Assembly: GCA_965247425.1 (NCBI GenBank)
Contig: OZ252023.1
Location: forward strand, 488,533-552,532
Source: Terriglobia bacterium
Lineage (GTDB): Bacteria > Acidobacteriota > Terriglobia > 20CM-2-55-15
DNA length: 64,000 bases
Direction: 5' to 3'
Shown here: in pieces, positions 10,169 to 20,000 of the stretch
How positions within the stretch are numbered: position 1 is the first letter of the stretch
Layout: each line of letters opens with the position of its first letter
Position numbers and translations under genes: made by a program
The notes under the pieces: model-generated
The model's input: only the letters and a program-made list of their open reading frames with translations
Told to the model about the DNA's origin: nothing
The model's database searches: none

Positions 10169-11962
10169 TCAGTTAATCATTACCATCGCACCTTTGACCG
10201 TGGTCTGTCCTGACGCGGACAGCTCGGCGCTGGCGTTTCCCTTGGCGACAAATCCGACATCGGCTTCGTGATTGACGTTCATCCCCTTAACCGAAACATC
10301 GGCTTTCGAACTCACGTCAATTGCACCCATGGCGTCGATGGTGATTTTGCCCCGGGCGGTGATACTGATGTCCTTGGGGCTGTCGAGCACAATGCCATCG
10401 GGACTTAGCTCGACCTTGTTGTCGTTTTGATCCTGCATCAGTATCGATTTCTCGTCATCGTTTAACACCAGCTCGTTCTCACCCGGGGTGATGATGGTGG
10501 TGATTTTCTTATCCTCGTCAAACTCGATCTTGAGTTCGCTCCTGGTCACTATGGCCTTGGTATTGTTTTCCGCGGTGAGTTCGTAGGGCGGCTTGTTTTT
10601 AGGTCCGTAGAGGCTGCCGAGCACGACCGGGTTGGAGGGATCATTGTTCAAATATCCCAGTATCACTTCATCGCCGATTTCGGGCACAAAAAAGGCACCG
10701 ATTGCGTTCGAGGCATGAAAATTAGCCAGCCTGGCCCAAACGCCTTCGGTTTCCGCCTGCAAGATTGGCAGCTTGACCTGCACCCGGCTTTGTTCACAAG
10801 GATCTTCATCGAGTTTCATCACCACACCGACTTGCAGACCTGCGACGCCGGGTAGCCAACCCGATGCCGACGGCGCTACCAGGTCGCGCTGTTCGGCGAA
10901 CCAGTCCGGCGACATACCGAAGCTGACTTCGCTAACCCAGTTGCCGGACGAAGTGATCTGGTGATTCACCGAGCTGACAAACAGCTTGCCGTTAAAGTGC
11001 TCGCCAACTCCATCGAGCTCGATCAAGGTCCCCGGCGTGGCTTTGACACTGCCCTGAAACTTCATGCGCCCACGAATTCTGGCGAGGCCGGATTTCACCT
11101 GTTGGGCCTCGGCCCAACCCTTTAGCGCCGCTGCTTCGATCTGGCCGGGGGTTTGCATGCCAAAGGTTTTCGGACCCACGATATCGGCCAGTTGCTTCGA
11201 TGTCAGGTCACCCTGGGCATTCAGGACTTTGGGCGGTGCGGTTTGTTTTACAATTTCGAGTTTGGCCGGATCCCAGCTGACGCCATCAACTGCCGTGAAT
11301 TGCGTGCGGACATCGATATCGGCGTGCAATTCCATCAGGTCGTTGCCATAGGTCACCTTTAATACAGCTTCGCCGCTAACCTCCGGTGCCTTAACACTGA
11401 GCTTTGCCGCATCGACACAGACCAGAAAACCGTTCACTTCGGCGCGCGACAGCATAAAATCCCAGTCGCTACAATAATATTGCACCAGTTCCGGGTAGGA
11501 CGTAGACGTCGCGCCTACGTTTGGCGTCAAGCCGTGGTTGTTGATCAGTTTGGTAATAATATCGCTATCTTTAAGATCGACAAAATTGGCATTTTTTCGC
11601 CCGATGGTCATCTTCACTGCCTCATCCCGGCACTCGATCACCAGCCGCGAGTCGTTATCACCGGTAATTGTTATGCCGTGCCTGACGATGATGCCTTTGA
11701 ACAAGGATTCATCCGCGTCGCCGTAACCGGCCTTGATTTCGATCTCGTTGCCCGGTCTGAACGGCTTGCTGTTGCTGAAGGGAAAGTCTTTATCCGGCAT
11801 GTCGCCGTCGAGCAATTCAATCCTGGCGTAGGGGATTTTATTGATGGTTTTAGTCACCGATACCGATACGATCGGTATCGCGTCGTCGATCGGCTGCCCG
11901 TCGGCAATGATACTCAGCATGACGACGGCACTGGTGTTATCCACGGGCGATTCGGGCATCAC
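10169..11962 (-). CDS. vgrG: VgrG spike protein, eCIS (Afp8-like) type
   Basis: INKIPYARI..DGD, QYYCSDWDFMLSRAE.NG, WARLA...GAFFVPEIGDEVILG....P.VLGSLY, C-terminal VKGAMVMIN. Confidence 0.92.
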   Translation of the reverse strand: MMPESPVDNTSAVVMLSIIADGQPIDDAIPIVSVSVTKTINKIPYARIELLDGDMPDKDFPFSNSKPFRPGNEIEIKAGYGDADESLFKGIIVRHGITITGDNDSRLVIECRDEAVKMTIGRKNANFVDLKDSDIITKLINNHGLTPNVGATSTSYPELVQYYCSDWDFMLSRAEVNGFLVCVDAAKLSVKAPEVSGEAVLKVTYGNDLMELHADIDVRTQFTAVDGVSWDPAKLEIVKQTAPPKVLNAQGDLTSKQLADIVGPKTFGMQTPGQIEAAALKGWAEAQQVKSGLARIRGRMKFQGSVKATPGTLIELDGVGEHFNGKLFVSSVNHQITSSGNWVSEVSFGMSPDWFAEQRDLVAPSASGWLPGVAGLQVGVVMKLDEDPCEQSRVQVKLPILQAETEGVWARLANFHASNAIGAFFVPEIGDEVILGYLNNDPSNPVVLGSLYGPKNKPPYELTAENNTKAIVTRSELKIEFDEDKKITTIITPGENELVLNDDEKSILMQDQNDNKVELSPDGIVLDSPKDISITARGKITIDAMGAIDVSSKADVSVKGMNVNHEADVGFVAKGNASAELSASGQTTVKGAMVMIN

Positions 11963-12060
11963 TCACCTCCGCGGTGGAAAATGGAGTTTGCTGCCGGGCT
12001 TGAGATCACGAAAGTCGGTCACTTATTTTCCCTGGCAACTTCCATGTAATAAGAGCTGTT
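11963..12060 (-). pseudogene. C-terminal LysM-like remnant of Afp7-type protein, frameshifted
   Basis: NSSYYMEVARENK / TDFRDLKPGSKLHFPPRR* across a frameshift near 12021, immediately upstream of vgrG. Confidence 0.75.
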
Positions 12061-12065
12061 GCGAC

Positions 12066-12201
12066 ATATATCGTAATTCGATTTCTTCGATCGCCACTTC
12101 ATTCTCGCCCGATTTGAAATCCTCCACCTCCCAATTGACTGGAAAGGCATTCGAGAATCCCAGGCGCGATTCGGGATTTTGTTTTCATCCAGCAAATACA
12201 T
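12066..12201 (-). pseudogene. C-terminal remnant of T4 gp19-like tail tube protein, frameshifted
   Basis: YLLDENKIPNRAW / FSNAFPVNWEVEDFKSGENEVAIEEIELRY resembles the tube C-terminal pattern W...A(Y/F)P..W......N.VAIE..EL.Y. Confidence 0.75.
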
Positions 12202-12281
12202 GTGAAGTAACTTCCACCATCGCATCCTCCTTACCTGTCGCCCCACCCAGACAGGCCTTGTTTCAGATTCCGTGATTTCGC

Positions 12282-13010
12282 CTATTGAATTCTCTCTCTA
12301 GAGTTCATAATGACCGGCATCCGGAACTTCCATGTCTCCCAAAGTTCTGCGTTCTCGATTAGCTCAGTCATGAAGTGAGCGACATTGGAACGGGCGGTAG
12401 GACGGCCCGTGAGGAGTCCCGTGATAGGGGACTCCTTGATGTCGTATGGAGAAATCTCAGCGTTGACCAGCGAGTCTGGACGGACACAGCACCACTCGAT
12501 GTGCTCGTTCTCCTTGGTCACATGTCGGCGCAGATGCCCAGCCGCAGTTTCATTATCCCGATGCGGAGGCAAGGTGTAACGCAAGAACAAAAGGAGTCCC
12601 CGTTCAAACCAGGTCCTCTTCTCTTCGAGATCGGGATTGCGGACCCCAACCGTGTTCATGAGAATGAATCTGGTATGTTTGGGGGGACTATTCTTTTCGA
12701 TCGCGTCACATAGGCGTCGCGTTGCGTCTGTGCAAAGCTTCTTCGGATCTCCAAAGATTCCCTTGAAATCGACGACATGTCCCAGGCACGAGACAACTGC
12801 GTCACAGTGCCTTGCATGCTCTGCCATCTGCTGATCCGTCAAGTCGAGAACACTGGCCTCGATGACCGTTGTGTTTGAGTTTTCCAAGACCTCGGCGGGG
12901 AGTTTGTGAGACGAGCGGACAATAACGCGAATCTTGTGATTCTTGCCCAGCAACTGTGCCACCAGGGACCGCCCTGTCATGCCTGTGGTTCCAACCACCA
13001 ATATGGTCAT
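12282..13010 (-). CDS. NAD(P)-binding oxidoreductase (flavin-reductase/atypical SDR-like)
   Basis: ILVVGTTGMTG Rossmann motif, DAVVSCLG, WCCVRP; ATG 13010 preceded by AGGAGG. Confidence 0.85.
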   Translation of the reverse strand: MTILVVGTTGMTGRSLVAQLLGKNHKIRVIVRSSHKLPAEVLENSNTTVIEASVLDLTDQQMAEHARHCDAVVSCLGHVVDFKGIFGDPKKLCTDATRRLCDAIEKNSPPKHTRFILMNTVGVRNPDLEEKRTWFERGLLLFLRYTLPPHRDNETAAGHLRRHVTKENEHIEWCCVRPDSLVNAEISPYDIKESPITGLLTGRPTARSNVAHFMTELIENAELWETWKFRMPVIMNSRERIQ

Positions 13011-13645
13011 CCGTGGTGTCCTCCTGTGCCTGAGTTTCGCTAGGAGCCCTTCTGTCGCGCAGGCTCCTAGCAGCTTTGTGCATTTCATCCTTGCCCACGA
13101 AGATCACCACGCAGCCAAAAAGCGATTGCTTGTAACATTCCGGGCTCTTGCGCATACCTATTATAGGTGCAGGTTTCTTCGATGGATTTTCACACGATGT
13201 ATCAGCGTTACGCTGCCGACGTCAACAGATTCGTCCTGTACCTGTCAGGAGATGCTTCAGTGGCCGAAGACATCACCTCCGAGGCTTTCGTACAAGCGTG
13301 GACAGCGCCGGCCAATATTCGCACGGCGACCGTGAAAGCATACCTCTTCGCCATTGCCAGGAACGTCTACCTGCAGATGTTGCGCAAAGATTGGCGGCTC
13401 ACCGAGGTAGATGCCCAGATCGTCGATCCAACACCCGACCCTCTGGAGCGGGCGAGCGACTCCGAGGAGCTGGAGCACGTCCTCGAAGATCTTCAGGAGT
13501 TACCGGAGGTCGATCGCGCCGCCCTTCTAATGCGGGTGATTTCGCTACTCTAAATTGGCCCACTTTTGATCGTTTGATTTGGCCCACCCCTGACGACTGA
13601 ACCGGAGAGGCTGTTCCGAACAAAGAGTCGGAATGGAGGGACCCG

Positions 13646-15178
13646 GTGTCAAGGAGATCGAAGGTGGAATTATTTGAAGAGATTCGGCGAGAGCACGAGT
13701 TTGGTGTGGGAACGATCCAGGGTGTGGCCCGGCGGCTGGGGGTGCATCGGCGGATGGTGCGTCAAGCGCTGGGAAACGCCGTGCCGCCGGCGAGGAAGAG
13801 CCCGGAGCGGAAGAGGCCGAGGCTGGAGCCGGTTATGGAATTTATCAACGGGGTGTTGGAGGCGGACAGGCAGGCCCCGCGGAAGCAGCGGCACACCAGT
13901 CACCGGATCTACGAACGGATCCGGATGGAATTTCCGAAACATCCGATTGGGGAATCGACGGTTCGCCGGTATGTCGGGCGGCGGAAGCGGGAGATGGGTT
14001 TCATCCGACAGGAGACGTTCGTGCCGCAAAGCTACGCCTGGGGTCAGGAAGCACAGATCGACTGGTACGAAGCCGTCGCGGAGTTGGATGGCGAACGGCA
14101 GAAGCTCCAGGTTTTCTGTATGCGGAGCATGGGCAGTGGTGGCGCATTCCATCGAGCTTATCCTCGGGCGACACAACAGGCATTCCTGGAGGCTCATGAG
14201 TTGGGTTTCCGCTATTTTGCGGGGGTCTTCGGGGTGCTGCGTTATGACAACCTGACCAGCGCGGTGAAGAAGATTCTGCGGGGATACCGGCGTGTAGAGA
14301 CCGAACGGTTCATCGCGTTTCGGTCGCATTGGAAGTTTCAAGCCGAGTTCTGCACACCCGGCGAGGGCCACGAGAAAGGCGGTGTGGAAGGCGAAGCCGG
14401 ATACTTCCGGCGCAATCACCTGGTACCGGTGCCGAAGGCGAAGGACCTGGCGGATCTGAATGCGCAGCTGCTGGCCGGTTGCCGGGCCGATGAACGGCGC
14501 AAGATCGGCGATCGGGTCCAGACGGTGGGTGAAGGGATGCAGATCGAACAGCCCCATCTGCTCGCGTTATCGACCGAAGGGTTCCCTCTGGCCGAGGACA
14601 GCTTTCCACGAGTCGATGGTAAGGGATGTGTACGGGTGCGTAACAACTTCTACTCCGCCCCCGTCAAGGCCGGGACTGTGGTGCGGGCGAGCGTTTTTCC
14701 GGCCTACGTGGAGGTCTGGCACGATGGCGGATGCGTGGCGCGGCATGAGCGAGGATATGGAAACGGCCAGCACTTCTTCAATCTGGAACATTATCTGGAG
14801 GTGTTGGAGCGGAAGCCGGGCGCGCTGGCCGGGAGCAAGCCTCTGGAGCAATGGCGGCAACAGGGCCGATGGCCGAAAAGCTATGACGAGTTCTGGCAGA
14901 CGTTGATCGATCGCAACGGAAAACAGAATGGGACCCGCGCAATGGTGGAGTTGCTCCTACTGGGCCGGGAACATGGCTATAGCGAGCTGGATTCCGCATT
15001 CCAACAAGCCCTGCGCCTGGGATGCTCCGATGCCGCCGCGGCGCGCTACCTGATGACCGAGGCCCGATTCGACCGGCCGGCGGCGCCGCGACTGGAAGTG
15101 GCCGCACTACGCGCTTATGAGCGGCCCCTGCCGGAGGTGAATACTTACGATGCACTGCTCACTGCGGAGGTGGTCTAG
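13646..15178 (+). CDS. istA: IS21 DDE transposase
   Basis: [25 protein letters not shown]. Confidence 0.97.
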   Translation: MSRRSKVELFEEIRREHEFGVGTIQGVARRLGVHRRMVRQALGNAVPPARKSPERKRPRLEPVMEFINGVLEADRQAPRKQRHTSHRIYERIRMEFPKHPIGESTVRRYVGRRKREMGFIRQETFVPQSYAWGQEAQIDWYEAVAELDGERQKLQVFCMRSMGSGGAFHRAYPRATQQAFLEAHELGFRYFAGVFGVLRYDNLTSAVKKILRGYRRVETERFIAFRSHWKFQAEFCTPGEGHEKGGVEGEAGYFRRNHLVPVPKAKDLADLNAQLLAGCRADERRKIGDRVQTVGEGMQIEQPHLLALSTEGFPLAEDSFPRVDGKGCVRVRNNFYSAPVKAGTVVRASVFPAYVEVWHDGGCVARHERGYGNGQHFFNLEHYLEVLERKPGALAGSKPLEQWRQQGRWPKSYDEFWQTLIDRNGKQNGTRAMVELLLLGREHGYSELDSAFQQALRLGCSDAAAARYLMTEARFDRPAAPRLEVAALRAYERPLPEVNTYDALLTAEVV

Positions 15179-15990
15179 TGTCCGCCACAGCCGGCGGGGT
15201 CGAACAGGCGGCGATTCAGCAGTACTGTAAAGCTCTCCGGACGCCCACGATCGGAACGCAGTTTGCGGCCATGGCCGAGCAGGCCCAGCGGGAAGAGCAC
15301 ACCTACACACGGTATCTGGAAGCCTTGCTGGCGATGGAAGTTGAAGAACGCGAACGGAACACCGTGGCCCGGCGGATTCAAGCCGCACGTTTCCCTCGAA
15401 TGAAGACACTCGAGGACTTTGACTTCTCGCGGTCGAAGGTTCCAGCCAACCGGATCCGTGGACTCGCAGACGGTGGCTATTTAGAACACGCCGAACCTGT
15501 CGTCCTGATCGGGGAGTGTGGAACGGGCAAGACGCACCTGGCCACAGGACTGTGCGTGGCCGCTTGTCGGCAGAAGAAGCGGGTTCGCTTTACGACGGCC
15601 GCCGGCTTGATCAACGAGTTGGTCGAGGCCCAACACAACGACCAGTTCCGCCGGGTTCTGGCCCGATGGTTCCGATACGAGTTGATTGCCATCGACGAAG
15701 TCGGCTATGTCCCGATGGCAGACCTCGGCGCCGAACTCCTCTTTCAAGTCATCTCGGATCGAGCCGAGCGGGCGACGGTGATCTTGACAACGAATCTGCC
15801 GTTCTCGGAATGGACCCAGGTGTTTCCCAATGTTCGGCTGTGCAAGGCGTTGCTGGACCGGATAACCGATCGCGCTCACATCATCGAGACCGGAACCGAA
15901 TCCTTCCGGTTTCGGCGCACGTTGGAGAAACGACAGAAACCACGGCATCCGCCTGGAAAGGAGAAACCCGCGAAACAAACCACGTCCTGA
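15178..15990 (+). CDS. istB: IS21 AAA+ helper ATPase
   Basis: GECGTGKT Walker A, IAIDEVGY Walker [16 protein letters not shown]. Confidence 0.97.
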   Translation: MSATAGGVEQAAIQQYCKALRTPTIGTQFAAMAEQAQREEHTYTRYLEALLAMEVEERERNTVARRIQAARFPRMKTLEDFDFSRSKVPANRIRGLADGGYLEHAEPVVLIGECGTGKTHLATGLCVAACRQKKRVRFTTAAGLINELVEAQHNDQFRRVLARWFRYELIAIDEVGYVPMADLGAELLFQVISDRAERATVILTTNLPFSEWTQVFPNVRLCKALLDRITDRAHIIETGTESFRFRRTLEKRQKPRHPPGKEKPAKQTTS

Positions 15991-16418
15991 GGGTCGGATC
16001 GCCGCGCGGTCGTCGATCCTGGGCGATCCTGGAAACGGAGTTTTTTCCCGAAAGAAAGAAAAAGAACCAAAAAGAAAGAAACGGAGGCCTGTGGAAGATG
16101 ACGCGCTGTGGAAATCCTAAAAACCAGGATTCCCACAGCGCTTGGAAAAGCCTCGCCAAGGGCGCTCGGCTTTCCCACATCTACAACACAGGCCCGACGG
16201 TAATTATCACTACTCGGAATTATTAACAGGAGGGGGTGGGCCAAATCAGACGATCAAAAGTGGGCCAGACCGGGTGGACAAACCCAGCGGGCTCGAGACG
16301 AGCTCTCATACCAGGAGATCGCACACATCCTCGGAATCACATCGGCTTCCGTGAGAGTGAAGGTTCATCGGGCGCGCATCAAACTCAACCAGTTGAGGCA
16401 AGTAAGGAGGATTGAAAA

Positions 16419-16838
16419 ATGAATTTGAGCCGTGATGTAATCGCGGATCTCTGGCTGGTCTACGCTTCCGGAGAGGCCAGTGAAGACACCCAGAAGATCG
16501 TCGAGGACTTTTTCGAGAAGGACCCTGAATTCGCCAGAATTCTCAAACAGGAAGGGAGTAGCCAAATGTTCGATACACCGACACTACCATCGGCAGACCA
16601 GGAGATGCGGGCACTCCATGCCACCCGCAAACGCCTGCGCTCGCAGCGCATCCTGATGGCATTTGCCATCTTCTTCAGCCTTGCGCCCTTGTCGTCCTAC
16701 GGTAACAGCAGCGAGGGACTCGTCTGGATGATGCTGATAGATTCGCCGACCTCAGCCGCCGTCTACTTCGCAATAGGACTGACATTATGGGGCGCCTATT
16801 TTCTACATGCTCGTGGTCTGCGAGTGAAGGGTTTCTGA
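16419..16838 (+). CDS. Putative membrane anti-sigma factor
   Basis: RDVIADLWLVYASGEASEDT.KIVE (zf-HC2-like N-terminus), two hydrophobic helices; ATGA overlap with the sigma stop. Confidence 0.75.
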   Translation: MNLSRDVIADLWLVYASGEASEDTQKIVEDFFEKDPEFARILKQEGSSQMFDTPTLPSADQEMRALHATRKRLRSQRILMAFAIFFSLAPLSSYGNSSEGLVWMMLIDSPTSAAVYFAIGLTLWGAYFLHARGLRVKGF

Positions 16839-17011
16839 GGGTTGCAACAAGAGAGAGACTCTGATGTGTCTTGGACCCGCTGTAACGTCTTCAGTCGTTG
16901 AAAAGCACTCCCTGGTGGTCCAGATGACTGGCACGAGATAGGTTCCAGACAATTCTGAGTTGTCGAGTTTAACCCTCAAGCTGCTCTCAGCTTCCGGCAG
17001 CCAGCAAGTCG

Positions 17012-20000
17012 CTACTCTTCGGTGACAACCAAGATGCCTCGAGTCTCCCGAAGCCGTCCGGAAACAACAAGGCCGTCGACCAATCTGCCAATCCGCTCTT
17101 CAACGTCTTCTCCGAAGCGTGGATAGCCAAACTCCCTCGCGGTCCGAGTGATAAGATCATCTCTCCGCCCTCCATCAATCGCCTCAGCCACGACAAGTAT
17201 TCCGGCTGTGATCTCGCCTTCCGATACCTCATCGATTCGCCTCACGTTGCCGTCGAGGCCGGGCTTACGGGCGACTATCCTTCTGGAAGGAATCACCAGG
17301 AAGGGATTACGGATTTGTCCCGTCTCAGTCGGCGTTTCCCACGCTATGGCACCCTCAAGGACCGCGGCGTCCACCGATGCCTTCACGCGCTCCAGGACCT
17401 TGTCGCCAGTGTCCGCCAAACCCCACCTTTCTTCGATCCGATCCGCTACTTTGTCCACGCGAATCGGCATTTCGATCCGGACTGTTTCGATGATCACTGT
17501 TCGAAGTTTATACGTTCCGGAGACGGCCAGGTCGAAAGACGTATTCACATCGATGTATCGAAGCCCAGCAGATTTGTATGGTCGAAATGAAGGTCCGGGA
17601 TCTTCAGGCTCATCGGTTGGGACAAGCGTGTCGTCAATTAGGTCGCCGGCTTCGGACGGTGGGGGACTGCTGGCTTTGGCGGTTGGGCGATCGAAAACCA
17701 GTCGCTGGGATCTTCCCGTTGCTTGCTCAATCGCACTCTCGATCCGCGCCAACTCAGCCTCGGGGTTGTGGAACCATGCGGTGGACCAGACACGGTGAAT
17801 TTTCCAACCTAGACTCTCGAGAACGGATTGCCTCAGCCAATCTCGATCCCGAGCAGCAGGCGTTCGATGCCAGGTGCCACTGTCGCACTCGATGCCCAGA
17901 ACATAGCGTGTGCCATCCTCCGAAAGCACGCCAACATCGACGAGGGAGCCTGCGACGCCCACCTGGAGATCCGCCGAAAACCCATTCTCCCTGAGTGCGG
18001 CATGTACCGCCTTTTTAAACGGGGATTCGGGTTCCGCGGCCGGGTCAACGCGGACATGCTTCGCGAAGAAATCAATCGGGCTGGCTGCGTACTCGATGTA
18101 GGCACGTAAGAGTCTCGCACCGTCGGACTGGGTCGTGATGTCGGATGGTTTCAGCGAATGGACCACCGTCATGGTCCTTCGGGCCCGGCTGATTGCGACG
18201 TTGAGCAGCCTTCCGCCGCCTTCAGTGCTGATAGTGCCGAATTGATCGGGTGTCGCGCCGCCTGATACCGAAGGACCATATCCGATCGTCAGGATCACGT
18301 GATCCCGCTCATCTCCCTGCACGTTTTGAAGGCTCTTCACGAAAAATGGTTCAGCCAGCTCCCGTGCAAAACAACCATCCAGATGACCCACAGCCTCCCT
18401 GCGGATACTTATGCGCTCTTGAATGAGATCCGACTGCGCCCGCGACAGCGCGACGACACCAAGGCTCTGGCCTTCTCCATATCGGTCCATCAGCTCGAAA
18501 ACGAGATCGACGACCCTCTCCCCTTCAACCGGGTTTACGCCCCGCCCGGGCTCATAACGCCCTTCGGTCACGAACACGTCCCTCAATGCCTTCGAAACTT
18601 GCGCCGGCTGCGGATCCGGAAAAACGAGGAGTGGACGTTTCCCGTAGAACTTGTGGTTGGAGAATTGAATCAACGATTCGCACTTGGAACGGTAATGTAC
18701 CTTCAGGTACTGCACGTTGACGCACCCTCGACCTGCTAACCCAACCATCGCGTCGAGAATACTCTCCACGCCAACCCGAGATTCTTCCTCATCCCCCTCT
18801 TGTTCATTGGACTCATCGGCCTCGGCTCGACGGAAGAAACTGGTGGGAGCTGTTTGAGATCGCCGACAACCACCGCCTGGGAACTCCGCATCATGGCAGG
18901 AAGGGCCTCCGCCGGAGAGATCTGGGAAGCCTCGTCGAAGATAACGGCATCGAAGTAGCCCGGATCGAGAGGCAGGAACTGACTTACTGCCACTGGACTC
19001 ATCATGAAGCAGGGCTTGAAGTCTCCCACCAGCGGCGATTCCTCAAAGAGCTGCCGCAGCGGCATCTGGTGATGCTTTTTCATGAGCTCTCCGTAAAGTA
19101 CCCCGATCTGCACGGCGTCTTGAGCCAGCGAGGGTCGGGCCGGATACCGGCTAAGACATCGATGACGAACCTCCTGTCGCATGGCATAGGGGAACTGTTC
19201 ATCAAGCCGGCGAAACTCATCACGAGTCGTTTCCTGGGCCGCGACCGAGAACTCTCGAAGAGCAGGGTCGACCTCGAACACATGACCTAACCACGCGCTT
19301 GAGACCGCTCGACGGAGTATCCCCGGGACGTTTGCGGAGTCATCCGTGCTCTCTCTAATAGCCGCGACTGTTCCTGCCCCGAACAGCTCGTCTACCCGCG
19401 CGCAGGACCTGCGGTAGTCGATCCAATCCGCCGCCTGGGCTGCGTGTTCCCTCAGGTATCCGATCCAATCGGTCAGCTCATCGAAAGGAGCATCCACCCA
19501 GGATTTCCAGTCGGACTGTTCCGGAACAAAGTATTTTGACAGAGCCTCGGAGAAGTCACTCTTGAGCGACTGCGCCCGCTTCTGGTAGGCGTCCGAAGAT
19601 TCGGGGCGTTCACAGTGCCGCGCCAATTCCGGCGGAACGGTGTCCGCGGTCAACGCTACCAGCTTCTCAGCCCACTCTCGCCGACGGTGTAGCTCATCCC
19701 AAGCCGTCTCATATCCCTGAAACAGCACGCCTAGTGACTTCACCAGTTGCGGAGTGCGCCGATCGAACTCCTTCTCCAGGTCCAGCAATCGAGCGCCACC
19801 CTTGATGTCTCCGAACAACTCTGCGACAGTGCGGGGAGCTGACTCTGCGGGTTTGATGGCACGGATGGTTTCAGCCATGACGTCCAATGGCGGGAGCCCG
19901 GCTTCGACAAGCTCGAACAGCGAGTTCAGTTCGGCAGGAAGAAGCTGATCCCCGAGGTCACCGAGTGAATCTTTGGCGGTCTGCACTCCCAATTTGACAT

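Larger units (their letters stand above)
13537..16286 (+). mobile_element. IS21-family element, copy 1 (2750 bp)
   Basis: TG...CA ends, subterminal repeated tggcccac motifs in inverted orientation, 5-bp target duplication GCGGG (13532-36, 16287-91), istA-istB. Confidence 0.97.
13182..16422 (+). pseudogene. ECF sigma-70 factor split by IS21 (13182-13536 + 16292-16422)
   Basis: Region 2 AEDITSEAFVQAW...AYLFAIARN upstream of the IS; region 4 RARDELSYQEIAHILGITSASVRVKVHRARIKL resumes after it. Confidence 0.92.

Noticed and set aside
9832-11962. Functional T6SS or Rhs toxin locus
   Set aside because: No Hcp, sheath, membrane complex, Rhs or immunity genes; neighbours are eCIS-type remnants
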